Made by a program: the position numbers and the translations under genes. This document shows positions 9,235 through 20,401 of a DNA stretch of 50,681 nt, in pieces. The notes beneath the pieces were generated by a model. The model made no database searches. It saw nothing but the letters and a program-made list of their open reading frames with translations, and was not told where the DNA came from. The number at the start of each line of letters is the position of its first letter. The first letter of the stretch is position 1. This DNA comes from Promethearchaeota archaeon (lineage in GTDB: Archaea; Asgardarchaeota; Lokiarchaeia; Sigyniarchaeales; SOKP01): contig JBHLON010000026.1 in the NCBI GenBank assembly GCA_048940445.1, positions 1 through 50,681 on the forward strand, in the 5' to 3' direction.

Positions 9235-9765
9235 GTGATTTCAATTAATACCCAAAAGTTTAGTCCGTCAGATATTTTCTTCACAACAGTTTTTACAATT
9301 ACCTTTATTTTTCAAATCATAATGATATTTTTTCTTAAACCTATATTTGATCTTCCTTTTTTAACAATTATAGGATGGATTATTTGGGGGATCAGCCTTT
9401 ATTTTGCCATAATTCCTTTTCTAATTCTTAAGAAAAGAGGAAATGTTGAAAAGGGAAAAAGCTATATTCATACGACTACGGTGGTAAAAAATGGTGTGTA
9501 TGCGATAATTCGCCACCCCCAGTATTTAGGGGGAATTTTATTTAGTATTAGTATTACGTTATGGAATCCTGTTTGGCTAAACATAATTCTAACCATCATA
9601 ATTATAATCTTAACCTATCAGTGGACTTATTCTGAAGATAGAATGCTTATCAAGAAATTTGGAGAAAAATATGTATCCTATAAAAAAAAAGTGCCTCGCC
9701 TTAATCCAATATTAGGTATAATTAAATACCTAGTCTATAAGAAGAAAAATGGAAAGATTAACTAA
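9235..9765 (+). CDS. Isoprenylcysteine carboxyl methyltransferase (ICMT/PEMT) family membrane protein
   Basis: GVYAIIRHPQYLG, ED..L...FG..Y..Y...VPR. Confidence 0.9.
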   Translation: MISINTQKFSPSDIFFTTVFTITFIFQIIMIFFLKPIFDLPFLTIIGWIIWGISLYFAIIPFLILKKRGNVEKGKSYIHTTTVVKNGVYAIIRHPQYLGGILFSISITLWNPVWLNIILTIIIIILTYQWTYSEDRMLIKKFGEKYVSYKKKVPRLNPILGIIKYLVYKKKNGKIN

Positions 9766-9878
9766 TTATTCTTCAGCATCCTTTTTCATGGTTAAAAAGG
9801 AGAAAGTAGATTCTTCTTAGAGAAGAATCATGAATTTATCTATGTCCTAAGCGCCAACTAAGTATTCCAAAATTCAAG

Positions 9879-10910
9879 TTATTCAAAAATTTTTCCTGCT
9901 CCTCCATGAGTGAGTTTTTCTCCCAATGCTAGGCGAACAAGATTACTTATGATATAAGGTTCTAATCCTTGAGCTTTTCCTCTGCTTCTAAGCCCTAAAA
10001 TACACATGGGACACAAAAACACCATCGCTTCAGCTCCAGCATCCTTCGCATCCATGATATTTTTCATTCTCCATTCTTCTTCAACTTCTTTAGAGACATT
10101 AACCATACTTCCCTGAATTCCACCACAACAGAGAGCTCCTAATCGATCATATTTTCTACTTACCCTTTTGACTCCTATTAGATCGAAGAGTTCGTCTAGG
10201 ATTGTATCTTTTTCGAAAGTATATCTTGATGCACATGGTTGCTGATACGCTATTTTTATATTTAGTTTCTCTATTTGATCTTTGTGTTCCTTAACGTAGT
10301 CTCTAAGATATTCTATTATATGTATTGGTTTGAATGGTAAAGATATATTATATTCTTTAACCTTGTTAGCTAACATAGCGTAGCAATCGTCATGATAACA
10401 TATAATTTCCTTAGCACCAATCTTTGCGAGATTATCTACAAAGGTTTGGGCGTTATCTTTAACAACACTTGGTGTTCCTGCGTGTATCAAACCAAAATAA
10501 CAGAAGTAATCAGATCCTTTAAGAAGGGTTAACCCCTCAAAAAGTTGTCCTTCAATAACCCCAGGAAGCATATCTCCAAAAAGGCAGAGATTCATAACAG
10601 GTTTCTCAGGATCGCCCTCTATAATTTCAGATCTCATTCGATTGCTCATTTTAAAAAAAGTTTGAGCTTGCTCATTCAATTTAAAAGTTCCAGTTTCTTC
10701 CTGTCTATCGTTAATTAAATCGAAGGGGTTAGCACCTTCAGGACAAAACATATTGCAAGCAGCACATGTAATACAATCTGCGGTTACTGGAGATGGCTCA
10801 CCATCTATCAACTTTTTAAACTCCTCTTTAGCCTTTTCCTCAGGATATGCTAAATAAGGACATTTCATTAAACACTCTCCGCAAAGAGTACATTTTTCTT
10901 TATAAAACAC
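9879..10910 (-). CDS. Fe-S oxidoreductase with CCG domain (HdrD/GlpC-like)
   Basis: Two CxxCxxCxxxCP motifs, YQQPC, CCGG, CPMC; AGGAGG SD with GTG start. Confidence 0.9.
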   Translation of the reverse strand: MFYKEKCTLCGECLMKCPYLAYPEEKAKEEFKKLIDGEPSPVTADCITCAACNMFCPEGANPFDLINDRQEETGTFKLNEQAQTFFKMSNRMRSEIIEGDPEKPVMNLCLFGDMLPGVIEGQLFEGLTLLKGSDYFCYFGLIHAGTPSVVKDNAQTFVDNLAKIGAKEIICYHDDCYAMLANKVKEYNISLPFKPIHIIEYLRDYVKEHKDQIEKLNIKIAYQQPCASRYTFEKDTILDELFDLIGVKRVSRKYDRLGALCCGGIQGSMVNVSKEVEEEWRMKNIMDAKDAGAEAMVFLCPMCILGLRSRGKAQGLEPYIISNLVRLALGEKLTHGGAGKIFE

Positions 10911-11175
10911 GTTTAATCCTCCTTTTAGATTTTACCCTTACTTTATATTGAAAATTACTAAAAGTAGGTTTTAAAAATATATAAATCCCTTTACTTTTAT
11001 ATCTCTGATATCTGTCTTATTCTAGCTTTATGTGAAAAAACCTAATTCAATTTAGATTTAATTATTTAACAATTACTAATAATTTTTAGTTAACTATCAA
11101 GGTTGATGTCATGCAACGACCAATCAAGCTAGAATCTTTAAATTAATTAGAAATAGAAAATGAATAAAGGACTAT

Positions 11176-11877
11176 TCAAGTGTTTGAGTTGTATATAATC
11201 AAATTTTGCATGTCTGCTTTTAATTTATACATCCCTTTTAAATCAGTATTATCTAATATCTCACCAATCTCTTCCTTGGTATAGCTGGCCATAATTGAAT
11301 TTCTCCACCCAATTCTCAAGAATTTAGGAATAGTAAATTTTAGAATATGAAACTTTAACTTTGCTTTGAATTTTAGATTCCTTTTTCCATCAGTAATGCA
11401 AAATACTCCATTTGGTTTCAAAACTCTACTGATTTCATTAAAAACATTTTCAGGATTTACCCAATGATGGAGACTCCCATTAGAAAAAACGACATTAAAA
11501 GAGTTATCTGTAAATAAATCCATATTTTCTGCGTTTCCTTTAACATATTGTACTCTACTTTGAACATTCTCTTCGATCTTATTCTTATTCGCTACGCGAA
11601 TCATATCTTCCGACAATTCTAATCCAGTTATATTAAGAGTGGGATTTTCTTGTGCCATCCATATACCGATCCATCCTGGACCTGGCCCAATTTCTAAAAC
11701 TTCTGAATAATTTTTTACGTTTAGATCTTCGAGAATAAATTGAATTAATTTTCGATATTTCATTTCAAGCTTTCTAATGATGTTACTAAAATCTTCCATT
11801 GTCAAGTTATTTTGATCTTCTAGGGCTTCACATTCAGCTTTTCTTGGAGGAATAGATTTTGATCTGAATTTCACCAT
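11176..11877 (-). CDS. Class I SAM-dependent methyltransferase (UbiE-like)
   Basis: VLEIGPGPG, SLHHW, RVLKPNG. Confidence 0.9.
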   Translation of the reverse strand: MVKFRSKSIPPRKAECEALEDQNNLTMEDFSNIIRKLEMKYRKLIQFILEDLNVKNYSEVLEIGPGPGWIGIWMAQENPTLNITGLELSEDMIRVANKNKIEENVQSRVQYVKGNAENMDLFTDNSFNVVFSNGSLHHWVNPENVFNEISRVLKPNGVFCITDGKRNLKFKAKLKFHILKFTIPKFLRIGWRNSIMASYTKEEIGEILDNTDLKGMYKLKADMQNLIIYNSNT

Positions 11878-12029
11878 ATTTTTTTCACTATACTATTCTT
11901 AACTTAATATATTAAATAATTTGTATAATTTAGAGGTTTTTTAAGCAATTACGTTGTTAATTATTATGTCTCTGTTTTTTTTAAACTTCAAACGTTAGAT
12001 TTTAATGATACTTTGATTTATTTCAAACT

Positions 12030-13556
12030 ATGGTTGAAAATAAGACTTCTCTGATCATCATTGGGGGTGGTATAACCGGAATATCCACAGGATGTTATGG
12101 ACAGATGAATGGTTTTTCCACGCAAATTTTTGAGATGAATCCGAGTGTTGGTGGATGTTGTACGGCTTGGAAACGTGATGGTTATACAATTGATACTTGT
12201 ATTCACTGGTTAATGGGTTCACGCCCACCAAGTCCATTTTATAATATTTGGGAGGAATTGGGAGTAATTCAAGATAAAACTCTGGTAGATCATGAGCTTT
12301 ATGTGTGGATTAAAATGAAAGATGGGCGTATTTTCAGTTTACCAAAGGATTTAGATGATTTACGTGCAATGCTGTTGAAATATGGTCCAAAAGATGGTAA
12401 GATCATAAATAAATTGATAAAAGCGATTAAAAAATGCCAAAAAATGCCCATATCAATTGAGAAACCGATGGCCTTGTTTTCTAAACTAGATTTTGTTAAG
12501 TATATATTTAGAATGCTACCATATGGTTTGTTTTTTAAAAAATTGACTAGTTTAAGTCTGGCAAAGTTTTCAGAAGAATTTGAAAGTCCCATCTTACAGG
12601 AAATGTTTCGTGAAGCTTTATCTCCAAGTTTTGGAGAAAACCCAGACCTTCCTATGTTTAATATATTAATGACATTAGCTATGATGAGTCAAAAAACGGT
12701 ATGCTATCCCTTAGGGGGCTCTCTGGGGATAACTAATTCGATTAAAAAGCGATATCTCAGTCTAGGAGGGGAAATTCATACAAATAGTAAAGTAATGAAA
12801 ATTTTAGTAAAAAATAATCGAGCAATTGGAATTCGGTTGGAAAATGGGAAAGAAATTTTTGCGGATTATGTTATTTCCACTGCAGATGGTTATGAGACAA
12901 TTTTTAACATGTTAGAAGGAAGTTATATTTCTGATCAACTCCAAAATTACTACAAAGAATTTCCCTTAGTTAAGCCAATTATTCAAGTTGGTTTGGGAGT
13001 GGAGTATGATTTCCAAGAATTACCTGAGTCAGTTGCGGGATATACATTGCCTGTTGAGACAAATATTACTATCGCAGAAAAATCAATACCATGGCTCCTA
13101 TTTCAAGCCTACATTTTTGATAGTAGCCTTGCTCCAACGGGAAAGACATTTGTAAAAGCTATGATTGGTTCGAATTATAATTATTGGGCTGAATTATATA
13201 ACTCTCCTGAAGAATATAAAAAAGAGAAGAATAAAGTTGCTCAAATGGTTATTAATGAGATTGATCATCATTTTCCTGGGTTTGCTGATGGTGTTGATAT
13301 GATTGACGTGGCAACTCCTGTATCTTTTTATAAGTGGACGGGAAATCAAAAAGGCGCATATATGGGTTGGCGAGTCACTCCAGATATAATAATGAAATTA
13401 ATTCCCAATACTTTACCGGATCTTTCTCATTTTTATATGGCTGGACAGTGGGTAAAGATAGGTGGGGGTTTACCGACAGCAGCTGTAGCTGGAAGGGACA
13501 TTATTCAAATTTTATGTGATGAATTAGATCAAGATTTTATAACCACAAAACCTTGA
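12030..13556 (+). CDS. Phytoene desaturase-family NAD(P)/FAD-dependent oxidoreductase
   Basis: IIIGGGITG, GG.C..W.R.GY..D, YP.GGS, FYMAGQW..GGGLP. Confidence 0.9.
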   Translation: MVENKTSLIIIGGGITGISTGCYGQMNGFSTQIFEMNPSVGGCCTAWKRDGYTIDTCIHWLMGSRPPSPFYNIWEELGVIQDKTLVDHELYVWIKMKDGRIFSLPKDLDDLRAMLLKYGPKDGKIINKLIKAIKKCQKMPISIEKPMALFSKLDFVKYIFRMLPYGLFFKKLTSLSLAKFSEEFESPILQEMFREALSPSFGENPDLPMFNILMTLAMMSQKTVCYPLGGSLGITNSIKKRYLSLGGEIHTNSKVMKILVKNNRAIGIRLENGKEIFADYVISTADGYETIFNMLEGSYISDQLQNYYKEFPLVKPIIQVGLGVEYDFQELPESVAGYTLPVETNITIAEKSIPWLLFQAYIFDSSLAPTGKTFVKAMIGSNYNYWAELYNSPEEYKKEKNKVAQMVINEIDHHFPGFADGVDMIDVATPVSFYKWTGNQKGAYMGWRVTPDIIMKLIPNTLPDLSHFYMAGQWVKIGGGLPTAAVAGRDIIQILCDELDQDFITTKP

Positions 13557-13794
13557 AGTGGGATGTTGAAAATTATGAATCAAATTATCATGCATTCCTA
13601 CAATGCCTTTCCATGGAATTTGAGGAAGTAATCAAGTTTTTAAACTTGGTAAAGATATCATTTCGAGCTATTGTATAGCAAATTTAATCTTTTTCTAAGA
13701 CAAAAAAGTAAAAAGATTATAAACCAACATAGTTAATTATTAATCACCTTGAAATCTAATTGAAAACCTAATAAAAATAGCATTTAAATGAGAG

Positions 13795-14133
13795 GTGAGT
13801 ATCATGCCGTATTTATTTATGTTTACGAAATGGCCGAGTGATAAAACGGCAGAGGTTGTAAAAAGAGTAATTGAGGGAGTCAACAAATTTCCCCGTGATG
13901 AATCAGCCTGGGATGACCTTACACCTGGAAATGCGATTAAAGCAACGGGTGATGCGATTGAGACTATAACTGTATTGAATGTAAAGAAGGGGAGACTGGA
14001 AGAGGCGTATTTCCATACGCAAAAAGTCGCGAACTTCTATGCAACCGCCATTCAAGGTTTCGAATACCGGATAGAAGTGTGGTCAAACGCGGAAGAGGCA
14101 TATTCTTCGATAGGGCAAAAACCGCCCGAATAG
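13795..14133 (+). CDS. Small hypothetical protein (ferredoxin-like barrel?), start probably ATG 13804
   Basis: GAGGTG SD; paralog fragment at 3..92; oligo-T terminator follows. Confidence 0.8.
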   Translation: MSIMPYLFMFTKWPSDKTAEVVKRVIEGVNKFPRDESAWDDLTPGNAIKATGDAIETITVLNVKKGRLEEAYFHTQKVANFYATAIQGFEYRIEVWSNAEEAYSSIGQKPPE

Positions 14134-14321
14134 CTGCTTAATAAAAATTTTCAAATTTTTTTTTTATTTTTTCATTCTAAGGGGAATTACTTCATAATTT
14201 AGCCAATTGCTATTTTTTGTTTTAATCTTAGAGAAGTTTATGTAATCAGAATTGCAATCCCGAAAAGTAAAAAGCAGTTGTTATAAGAAAGTCTTTTTTT
14301 GCTATTATGAGAATGACCAAG

Positions 14322-14633
14322 CTATTCTTTCTTAGAAAAGGACCTCAATCTAAGAATTGTTTCATCCCCCTTGGCCCAGTTTTTCAGATTAGCCAATCTT
14401 TCACCATGATCACCATGTTCTGGATGATTGAATGCTTTTTGAAGCTCTGTACAGGGTAGATCTGGGCAAAAACCACAATGAAGATATCCTTTATCATAAC
14501 AGCACTTTGCTACCCTGCACTCTCCATAGAACATGTCACCTTTACATCTTTGACATCCCAAGCAGTTAGTTTTCTCTTTCCATTCGCATAACCCACAATA
14601 TGCTCCACACATACCTATTAGTTCTTTATCCAT
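14322..14633 (-). CDS. DUF3795-family Cys-rich protein
   Basis: CGAYCGLC...CLGC...CRVAKCC...HCGFC..LPC. Confidence 0.85.
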   Translation of the reverse strand: MDKELIGMCGAYCGLCEWKEKTNCLGCQRCKGDMFYGECRVAKCCYDKGYLHCGFCPDLPCTELQKAFNHPEHGDHGERLANLKNWAKGDETILRLRSFSKKE

Positions 14634-14997
14634 TAGTCAATAACACTTCTTTTAGTTATTATTGAGGAGTATTTATTTATATAATTATATTATTGTATTT
14701 GATTATATTTTACGATTACTTATCAATGGGATCTTTATTCATAGCTAATCTCAATTAAAAATGGTAAAATACCACAGTATAATCTCTTTGATTATTTTAC
14801 AAAATTATCCTTTTAATTGATAATAAACTTATCTTTTGGTAAAAGGAATTATGAAGATAAGACAAAGGATTCATATCGCTTGAACAGGGAATTTAACCTT
14901 CTATACATTTTAAGTTGGGATTCTTAAGAAATGCAAAAGTATTAAATACTTTTTTGTCGAATATGTAAATAATCTAATAATTTAAGGGTAAAAATTA

Positions 14998-17835
14998 ATG
15001 AATAATAAAGACAGAATAAAAACAATTTTGTTAACCGTAGGAATTGTCTTCGGACTTTTCATCACTAATTATAATATCTTCTGTAATCAAGCGGATAATA
15101 ATGGAGTTAGAGAGATTCAAAACAAGGGTGATTTAGGAAGAGTAAAAGTATCGGGATCGTATATCGAACCGTTTATTCATGTTGATAATAACTGGTCAGA
15201 AACTGCAGTGACCTACGATTGGTGTAGTGGTGATGGTTCATGGGGTAATCCCTACATAATCGAAAATGTTACCATTGATGCAGGTACTTCACCGACGGGA
15301 AGTGGCATTCTTATAAGTAATTCGAAGAATATTTACTTCATTATAAGAAATTGCACAGTTTATAACGCAGCAACTGGATACTATAATGGTGGAATCAAAT
15401 TAGAAAATACTGATGATGGAATAATAATAAATAATGATTGTTCAAATAATCATCATTGTGGCATTATGTTAAGAAATAATTGCTATAATAACACAATTGT
15501 GGCAAATATCGCAAACAACAATGATTTTTATGGGATTGGCCTAAGTGGTAATTCTAATGAAAATAATATCAGGGGAAACACCGTAATGAATAATGGTCAG
15601 TATGGAATGTTTATATATTTTGGTTCCAGCAATAATAATGTATCGGGAAACACTGTAACCAATCAGTTTGTTGGGATCTATATATGGTCAGATAGTGTAA
15701 ATAATATCATTTCAAACAATACTGTAAATTCCAATGGTTATGGGATGTTCTTTCAGGGTACTAGTAATAATAACATCGCTACAAATAACACTGTTAATTA
15801 TAATTCAGGGACGGGGATACATCTTTGGGAAAATTGTATGAATAATATCATCTTTAAAAATACTATAAATTATAATAGTATAGGGATAGACTTAGATTAT
15901 GGGTGTGATAACAATATTATCACAGCTAATCTTATTAAAAATAATCAAGATTTCGGAATAGATATAATAAGTGCCGACTGTGAGAATAATCTAATTTATC
16001 AAAATTCACTAATAGGAACAATTGGAAGGCATGCAAGTGACTCTGGTACGAATAATCAGTGGGATAACTCCATAATTGGAAATTATTGGGATAATCACAC
16101 AACCCCTGATACCGATAACAATGGAATTGTAGATGTCCCTTATACTTGGATTGTTGGTAGTGGTGCTAGCATAGATCATTTTCCTCTAACAGAAAATCCT
16201 ATCTATTTCGGTGAAACTATTCATATAGATGATACAGGTGTGAATGCATTGAATTGGAATACAACCGCTACTGTAAAAGTTTGGTGTTCTGGTTTGGGAA
16301 CATATTCCAATCCATATGTTATCGAGGGGTTAGAGATTGATGCAAATGGTATAGGAAATGAAATCTTAATCGAAAATTCGAATGCCTATTTTATAATTCG
16401 ATCTTGCAACCTCTACAACGCAGAAGCAGCAATTTATTTAAACAATGTTACTAATGGCATGATAATCGAAAATCATCTTTCTGAAAATGGGTATGGAATA
16501 CGGCTAGATTATAGTTCTTATAATAATATTGTAGGAAATGACCTTTATGGAAATGCTTTTGGAACAGGAATCAATTTATACTATAGTAGTAACAATACAG
16601 TTGAAGGGAATCTTGTAGAAAATCATTATCAAGGTATTCGTCTTGACTCAGAGTGCTCTGAAAATACTATTTTAGGAAATACTGCCAATAATAATTCAAA
16701 TTATGGAATTCTCTTGCTTTATGGAAGTGAATATAATGATGTTACAGGGAATATCGTGATGAATCAGAGTCATTATGATGGAATAATTGTATATGGAAGT
16801 GATCATAACACAATCTTGGAAAACAACGTTTTTGATAATCCTTTGTACGGGATACATTTGGATGGTAGTTCTAATAATCTTCTATCTGGCAATGTTGTTT
16901 TTAATAATGAATTAGACGGGATCACTATAAGATCAGAATATACTACATTTATAAGTACTGCCAATAACATTACTATGAATACTATATATAGTAACACACA
17001 GAACGGAATTAGTTTAGATGATGATTGTAATGTAACTATAATTTGGGACAATGATATCTATGGAAATGATATGAGTGGTATAGTTTTTGCACATAGTTTC
17101 TTTGATATTTGTTATGGAAATGTAATACATGATAACGCTGAAATGGGTATTTACGTTGAGATCACTTCAGAGAATAACTTATTCTATGAAAATACTTTTA
17201 TTGGAAATTCCATAAATGCATTGGATAACGGGTCTAATAACAATTGGGATAATGGTATAATTGGTAACTACTGGGATGATTATCCTAGTGTAGACGCTAA
17301 CGATGATGGAATTGGGGATACTCCATATATTATTCCTGGTAATGCTAATAGTCAAGATAATTTCCCAATTTGGGATGATGGTATCGATGTGATTTATTTA
17401 TTTGTGGAGATTTGTGATCAAACATTCTCAGAAGAAAGTTTTAATTTTACTTTTTATATTTATGATGGAATCAATGAGGGAATCGATTTCGCAACTATAC
17501 AGATGTGGTGGAATGGAGTAGAAGTTTCAACCAGTATTCAGAATGTTGGAGGTGGATTATATTTTGTCTCTCTGGAACCAATTACAGTAGTTACTGGGGA
17601 AGATCCTATTTTATTAAATATGAGTATATTTGCTACCGGTTACCCAAATAAATACTTTGAGGCCTATATTGCAGTAGATCCAGATACTTTGAACAAAGAG
17701 GGGGGAAAACCTGCTGGGGAGTTTCCTCTCACTATAATCATTATAGCAATCGCATCAGTTGCAGTGGGAATAGGAGTAGCTGGAGTTTCGATATTTCTGT
17801 TGCGTAAAAGGAAACGAGGACGTGAAATTAAATAA
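14998..17835 (+). CDS. Cell-surface right-handed beta-helix (NosD/CASH) protein with two modules and a C-terminal TM anchor
   Basis: N-terminal signal/TM; repeated N-x-I-x-x-N/GI-x-L; two WCSG.G...NPY.IE ... N.WDN..IGNYWD modules; TM followed by RKRKR. Confidence 0.9.
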   Translation: MNNKDRIKTILLTVGIVFGLFITNYNIFCNQADNNGVREIQNKGDLGRVKVSGSYIEPFIHVDNNWSETAVTYDWCSGDGSWGNPYIIENVTIDAGTSPTGSGILISNSKNIYFIIRNCTVYNAATGYYNGGIKLENTDDGIIINNDCSNNHHCGIMLRNNCYNNTIVANIANNNDFYGIGLSGNSNENNIRGNTVMNNGQYGMFIYFGSSNNNVSGNTVTNQFVGIYIWSDSVNNIISNNTVNSNGYGMFFQGTSNNNIATNNTVNYNSGTGIHLWENCMNNIIFKNTINYNSIGIDLDYGCDNNIITANLIKNNQDFGIDIISADCENNLIYQNSLIGTIGRHASDSGTNNQWDNSIIGNYWDNHTTPDTDNNGIVDVPYTWIVGSGASIDHFPLTENPIYFGETIHIDDTGVNALNWNTTATVKVWCSGLGTYSNPYVIEGLEIDANGIGNEILIENSNAYFIIRSCNLYNAEAAIYLNNVTNGMIIENHLSENGYGIRLDYSSYNNIVGNDLYGNAFGTGINLYYSSNNTVEGNLVENHYQGIRLDSECSENTILGNTANNNSNYGILLLYGSEYNDVTGNIVMNQSHYDGIIVYGSDHNTILENNVFDNPLYGIHLDGSSNNLLSGNVVFNNELDGITIRSEYTTFISTANNITMNTIYSNTQNGISLDDDCNVTIIWDNDIYGNDMSGIVFAHSFFDICYGNVIHDNAEMGIYVEITSENNLFYENTFIGNSINALDNGSNNNWDNGIIGNYWDDYPSVDANDDGIGDTPYIIPGNANSQDNFPIWDDGIDVIYLFVEICDQTFSEESFNFTFYIYDGINEGIDFATIQMWWNGVEVSTSIQNVGGGLYFVSLEPITVVTGEDPILLNMSIFATGYPNKYFEAYIAVDPDTLNKEGGKPAGEFPLTIIIIAIASVAVGIGVAGVSIFLLRKRKRGREIK

Positions 17836-18079
17836 TTGAATCTATAATTTTTTTTAATTTTTTGTGATTTTCTCTAAAAACTAATTCTTTGTTTATTATA
17901 GTTATATTTTCATTTCATAATTGAGTACTTATTTATCGAAGAAATCGCATTTCAAAACATTAAGTAATAAAATAAAACCACAATTAAAAAAATATCATTG
18001 TTTTTTAATTAAAAAAACTCATAATATTTAATACAGCTTTAAAATTTTAAGTGTAGAAGAAGGGGAATTATGATTAATA

Positions 18080-18985
18080 ATGGATGAGATTAGAAAAAGC
18101 ACGAATATGGTTAAAGCGTATATTTACCTCCTGTTGAGTTATGTTATAGCGTTTTTGATTGCTTTGGCAATTGGACTTGTTTTTAGATTTTTACATCCAC
18201 TTTTGATGATTTTAATGGCAGATATAGCAGCAACCATTGTAATTTATATCTTTAGCACGATTTTGAAAAACACAAGCTTATATGATCCTTATTGGAGCAT
18301 AGCTCCCTTACTTATTTCATTTTATTATTTACTTTTCCCCCAAATCAATGCATTAAGTAATCCTCGATTTTTGATTGTTTTTATCCTCGTCTTTATCTGG
18401 TCAATTCGTTTAACGTATAACTGGATAAGACAATGGCACGGATTGAAACATGAAGACTGGAGATATAGAAAATACAGAACCGAAAAAGGGAAAAATTTCT
18501 GGTTAATCAATTTAATCGGATTACAACTAATGCCCACTATTCAAGTTTACTTAGGATCAATCTCTTTATACCCTGCTATTTCTCTGAGATCAAGATCTTT
18601 TGGTTTAGTGGATATTTTGGCTATACTTATAACAGCTAGCGCAATCCTCTTAGAGACTATCGCTGATCAACAACTCCACAACTTTATCAAGACCAGAAAA
18701 AACGAGAAAGAAATTATTACTACTGGATTATGGAGATATTCACGACATCCTAACTATTTCGGGGAAATACTGTACTGGTGGGGATTATATCTATTTGCAT
18801 TAGCTGCTGATCCTTCATTTTTTTGGGCGATAATTGGGTCACTTTGTATAACTGCACTTTTTATTTTTCTTAGTATTCCTCTAATGGAAGCCAGGAATTT
18901 AGAGCGGAAACCGGAGTATGAAGCCTATATTAAACAAACTTCAAGGTTAATACCTTGGTTTTCAAAAAACAAAAAGAATGATTAA
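18080..18985 (+). CDS. DUF1295 steroid 5-alpha-reductase-like membrane protein
   Basis: YDPYWS, EDWRY, ETIADQQL, GLWRYSRHPNYFGE. Confidence 0.9.
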   Translation: MDEIRKSTNMVKAYIYLLLSYVIAFLIALAIGLVFRFLHPLLMILMADIAATIVIYIFSTILKNTSLYDPYWSIAPLLISFYYLLFPQINALSNPRFLIVFILVFIWSIRLTYNWIRQWHGLKHEDWRYRKYRTEKGKNFWLINLIGLQLMPTIQVYLGSISLYPAISLRSRSFGLVDILAILITASAILLETIADQQLHNFIKTRKNEKEIITTGLWRYSRHPNYFGEILYWWGLYLFALAADPSFFWAIIGSLCITALFIFLSIPLMEARNLERKPEYEAYIKQTSRLIPWFSKNKKND

Positions 18986-19266
18986 GTTTTTTTTCTTTTA
19001 GTTTATTAAATTTTTTATAGAGAAAAATTTTTAATTAACATTCAAGTTAGATTTATTATCTATGCAATCTTGATCACGCGAATTCTGATGTAACTATTCT
19101 AAATATCTCCAATTAATAGTATAATTGCGGATAAAGGTGTAAAATCTGATAAAATGCCATTAAATAATTTTACTAAAATGTAAAATTTCCAAGCTTTACT
19201 TAAACAAATTTACTCCTTAAAACATAATAAATTGAAAATCTCACAAAATAGAAAAAATAAAAAAAA

Positions 19267-19479
19267 TTAGATTTTCTTTTTTAGTAGCATCTTACCCATC
19301 ATTTTTAAAGTTCCTCCGAGTCCTTTTTTCTTAATCATAATTTTCTGATATATAGCACCCTAATCTTTAGGGGGAACAATTTCTTTGTCTTTCTTTTTTA
19401 AAGATATTGCCCCATTTTCACAATTCGCGGCACAAATACCACAGGCAATGCAAAGAGCTAAATTCGCATTGGAATGTGA
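19267..19479 (-). pseudogene. 3' remnant of a 4Fe-4S protein gene paralogous to 25861..27018, with an internal TAG
   Basis: SHSNANLALCIACGICAANCENGAISLKKKDKEIVPPKD*GAIYQKIMIKKKGLGGTLKMMGKMLLKKKI* aligns with the C-terminus of 25861..27018; no start codon. Confidence 0.8.
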
Positions 19480-20127
19480 CTATTTTCGCTTTTTCCAAAA
19501 ATAAACTCCTTGCCCTATTAACCAAAGTATGACAAATACATAAAATGTCCATTCAGTAAGATAAACTACCGCATTACGTACCACTGGTGTATATTCCTGA
19601 ATTATAAAGCCCCCAAAAAATAGACCTGAAAAAATTCCTGCTAAAATTGCAATGATTGCTATTAATTTAGAATATTCAGTGTTAGTATATTGTAAATATC
19701 CAAGCCAAATGAAATTAAAAGCCATAAAACCAGTGAAAATAAGAACTGTTATTCTGTGAATTTCATATGCGAGAGTAATTGCTGGATTTAGAGGAAAAAT
19801 TCCGACTATTATTAGCCCGATTAGACCTATAACTCCTGTAATTATATATATCAAGGTCAATTTATTATCAATACCATTTTTCTTTAAATCTCTTGTTATA
19901 TACAGCATAAGAAAAATCGTGAAGATTGCTAATAAAACCATGCCTGTTGAATATGAAATTTGAGCTCCAATTGGTCCAGCCTGTAAATCGCATGAATAAT
20001 TTGTAAAAATGCTAAAAGAAGAATTAAACGGTAAATAAAGCATCAATGCTATTAACAAACCTGCTCCTGTAGCTATGACTGCTAAAAAAGCAAAATATGC
20101 ACCATTAATTTTTTCAAAAAATCCCAT
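19480..20127 (-). CDS. DUF998-like membrane protein
   Basis: NYSCDL, GIFP, H in third loop, EW near the C-terminus; 6 TMs. Confidence 0.75.
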   Translation of the reverse strand: MGFFEKINGAYFAFLAVIATGAGLLIALMLYLPFNSSFSIFTNYSCDLQAGPIGAQISYSTGMVLLAIFTIFLMLYITRDLKKNGIDNKLTLIYIITGVIGLIGLIIVGIFPLNPAITLAYEIHRITVLIFTGFMAFNFIWLGYLQYTNTEYSKLIAIIAILAGIFSGLFFGGFIIQEYTPVVRNAVVYLTEWTFYVFVILWLIGQGVYFWKKRK

Positions 20128-20195
20128 AATTCTTTTTAACTCCTTTTATTTTAGTTTAACATTGGATTTCTTTATTTGATTTTTATTAAATCTTC

Positions 20196-20401
20196 CGAAT
20201 CGATTCGTTAATTTTTAGTATATTTTAAGAAAATCATTATATACTAAAAAATATCGAATTCTCTATTATTCGGATTCATTTATAAATTAGATTACATTCG
20301 TATTTAAATATTTCGGTATTAATCGAATAATAGAAATCAGAATTTTCAAAATAACTTTAATAAATTTAAAATAAAAATATAAATTTATATGAATCGATTC
20401 G
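20196..20401. promoter_or_regulatory. Repeated GAATCGATTC palindromes in a divergent intergenic region
   Basis: CGAATCGATTCG at 20196-20207, GAATCGATTC at 20391-20400, further CGAAT/ATTCG half-sites between them in otherwise very AT-rich DNA. Confidence 0.55.

Noticed and set aside
9809-9832. Hairpin GATTCTTCT-TAG-AGAAGAATC with ATGA on the minus strand, considered as a SECIS
   Set aside because: No opposing GA, no A-rich loop and no in-frame TGA in flanking genes; more likely a terminator-type hairpin between convergent genes.
13554-13631. Sec readthrough at other TGA-terminated genes (13556, 28916, 36252, 37582, 3750, 11176, 21547, 30419)
   Set aside because: The stops fall at plausible protein ends, the extensions I translated were short and featureless, and I saw no SECIS-like element.
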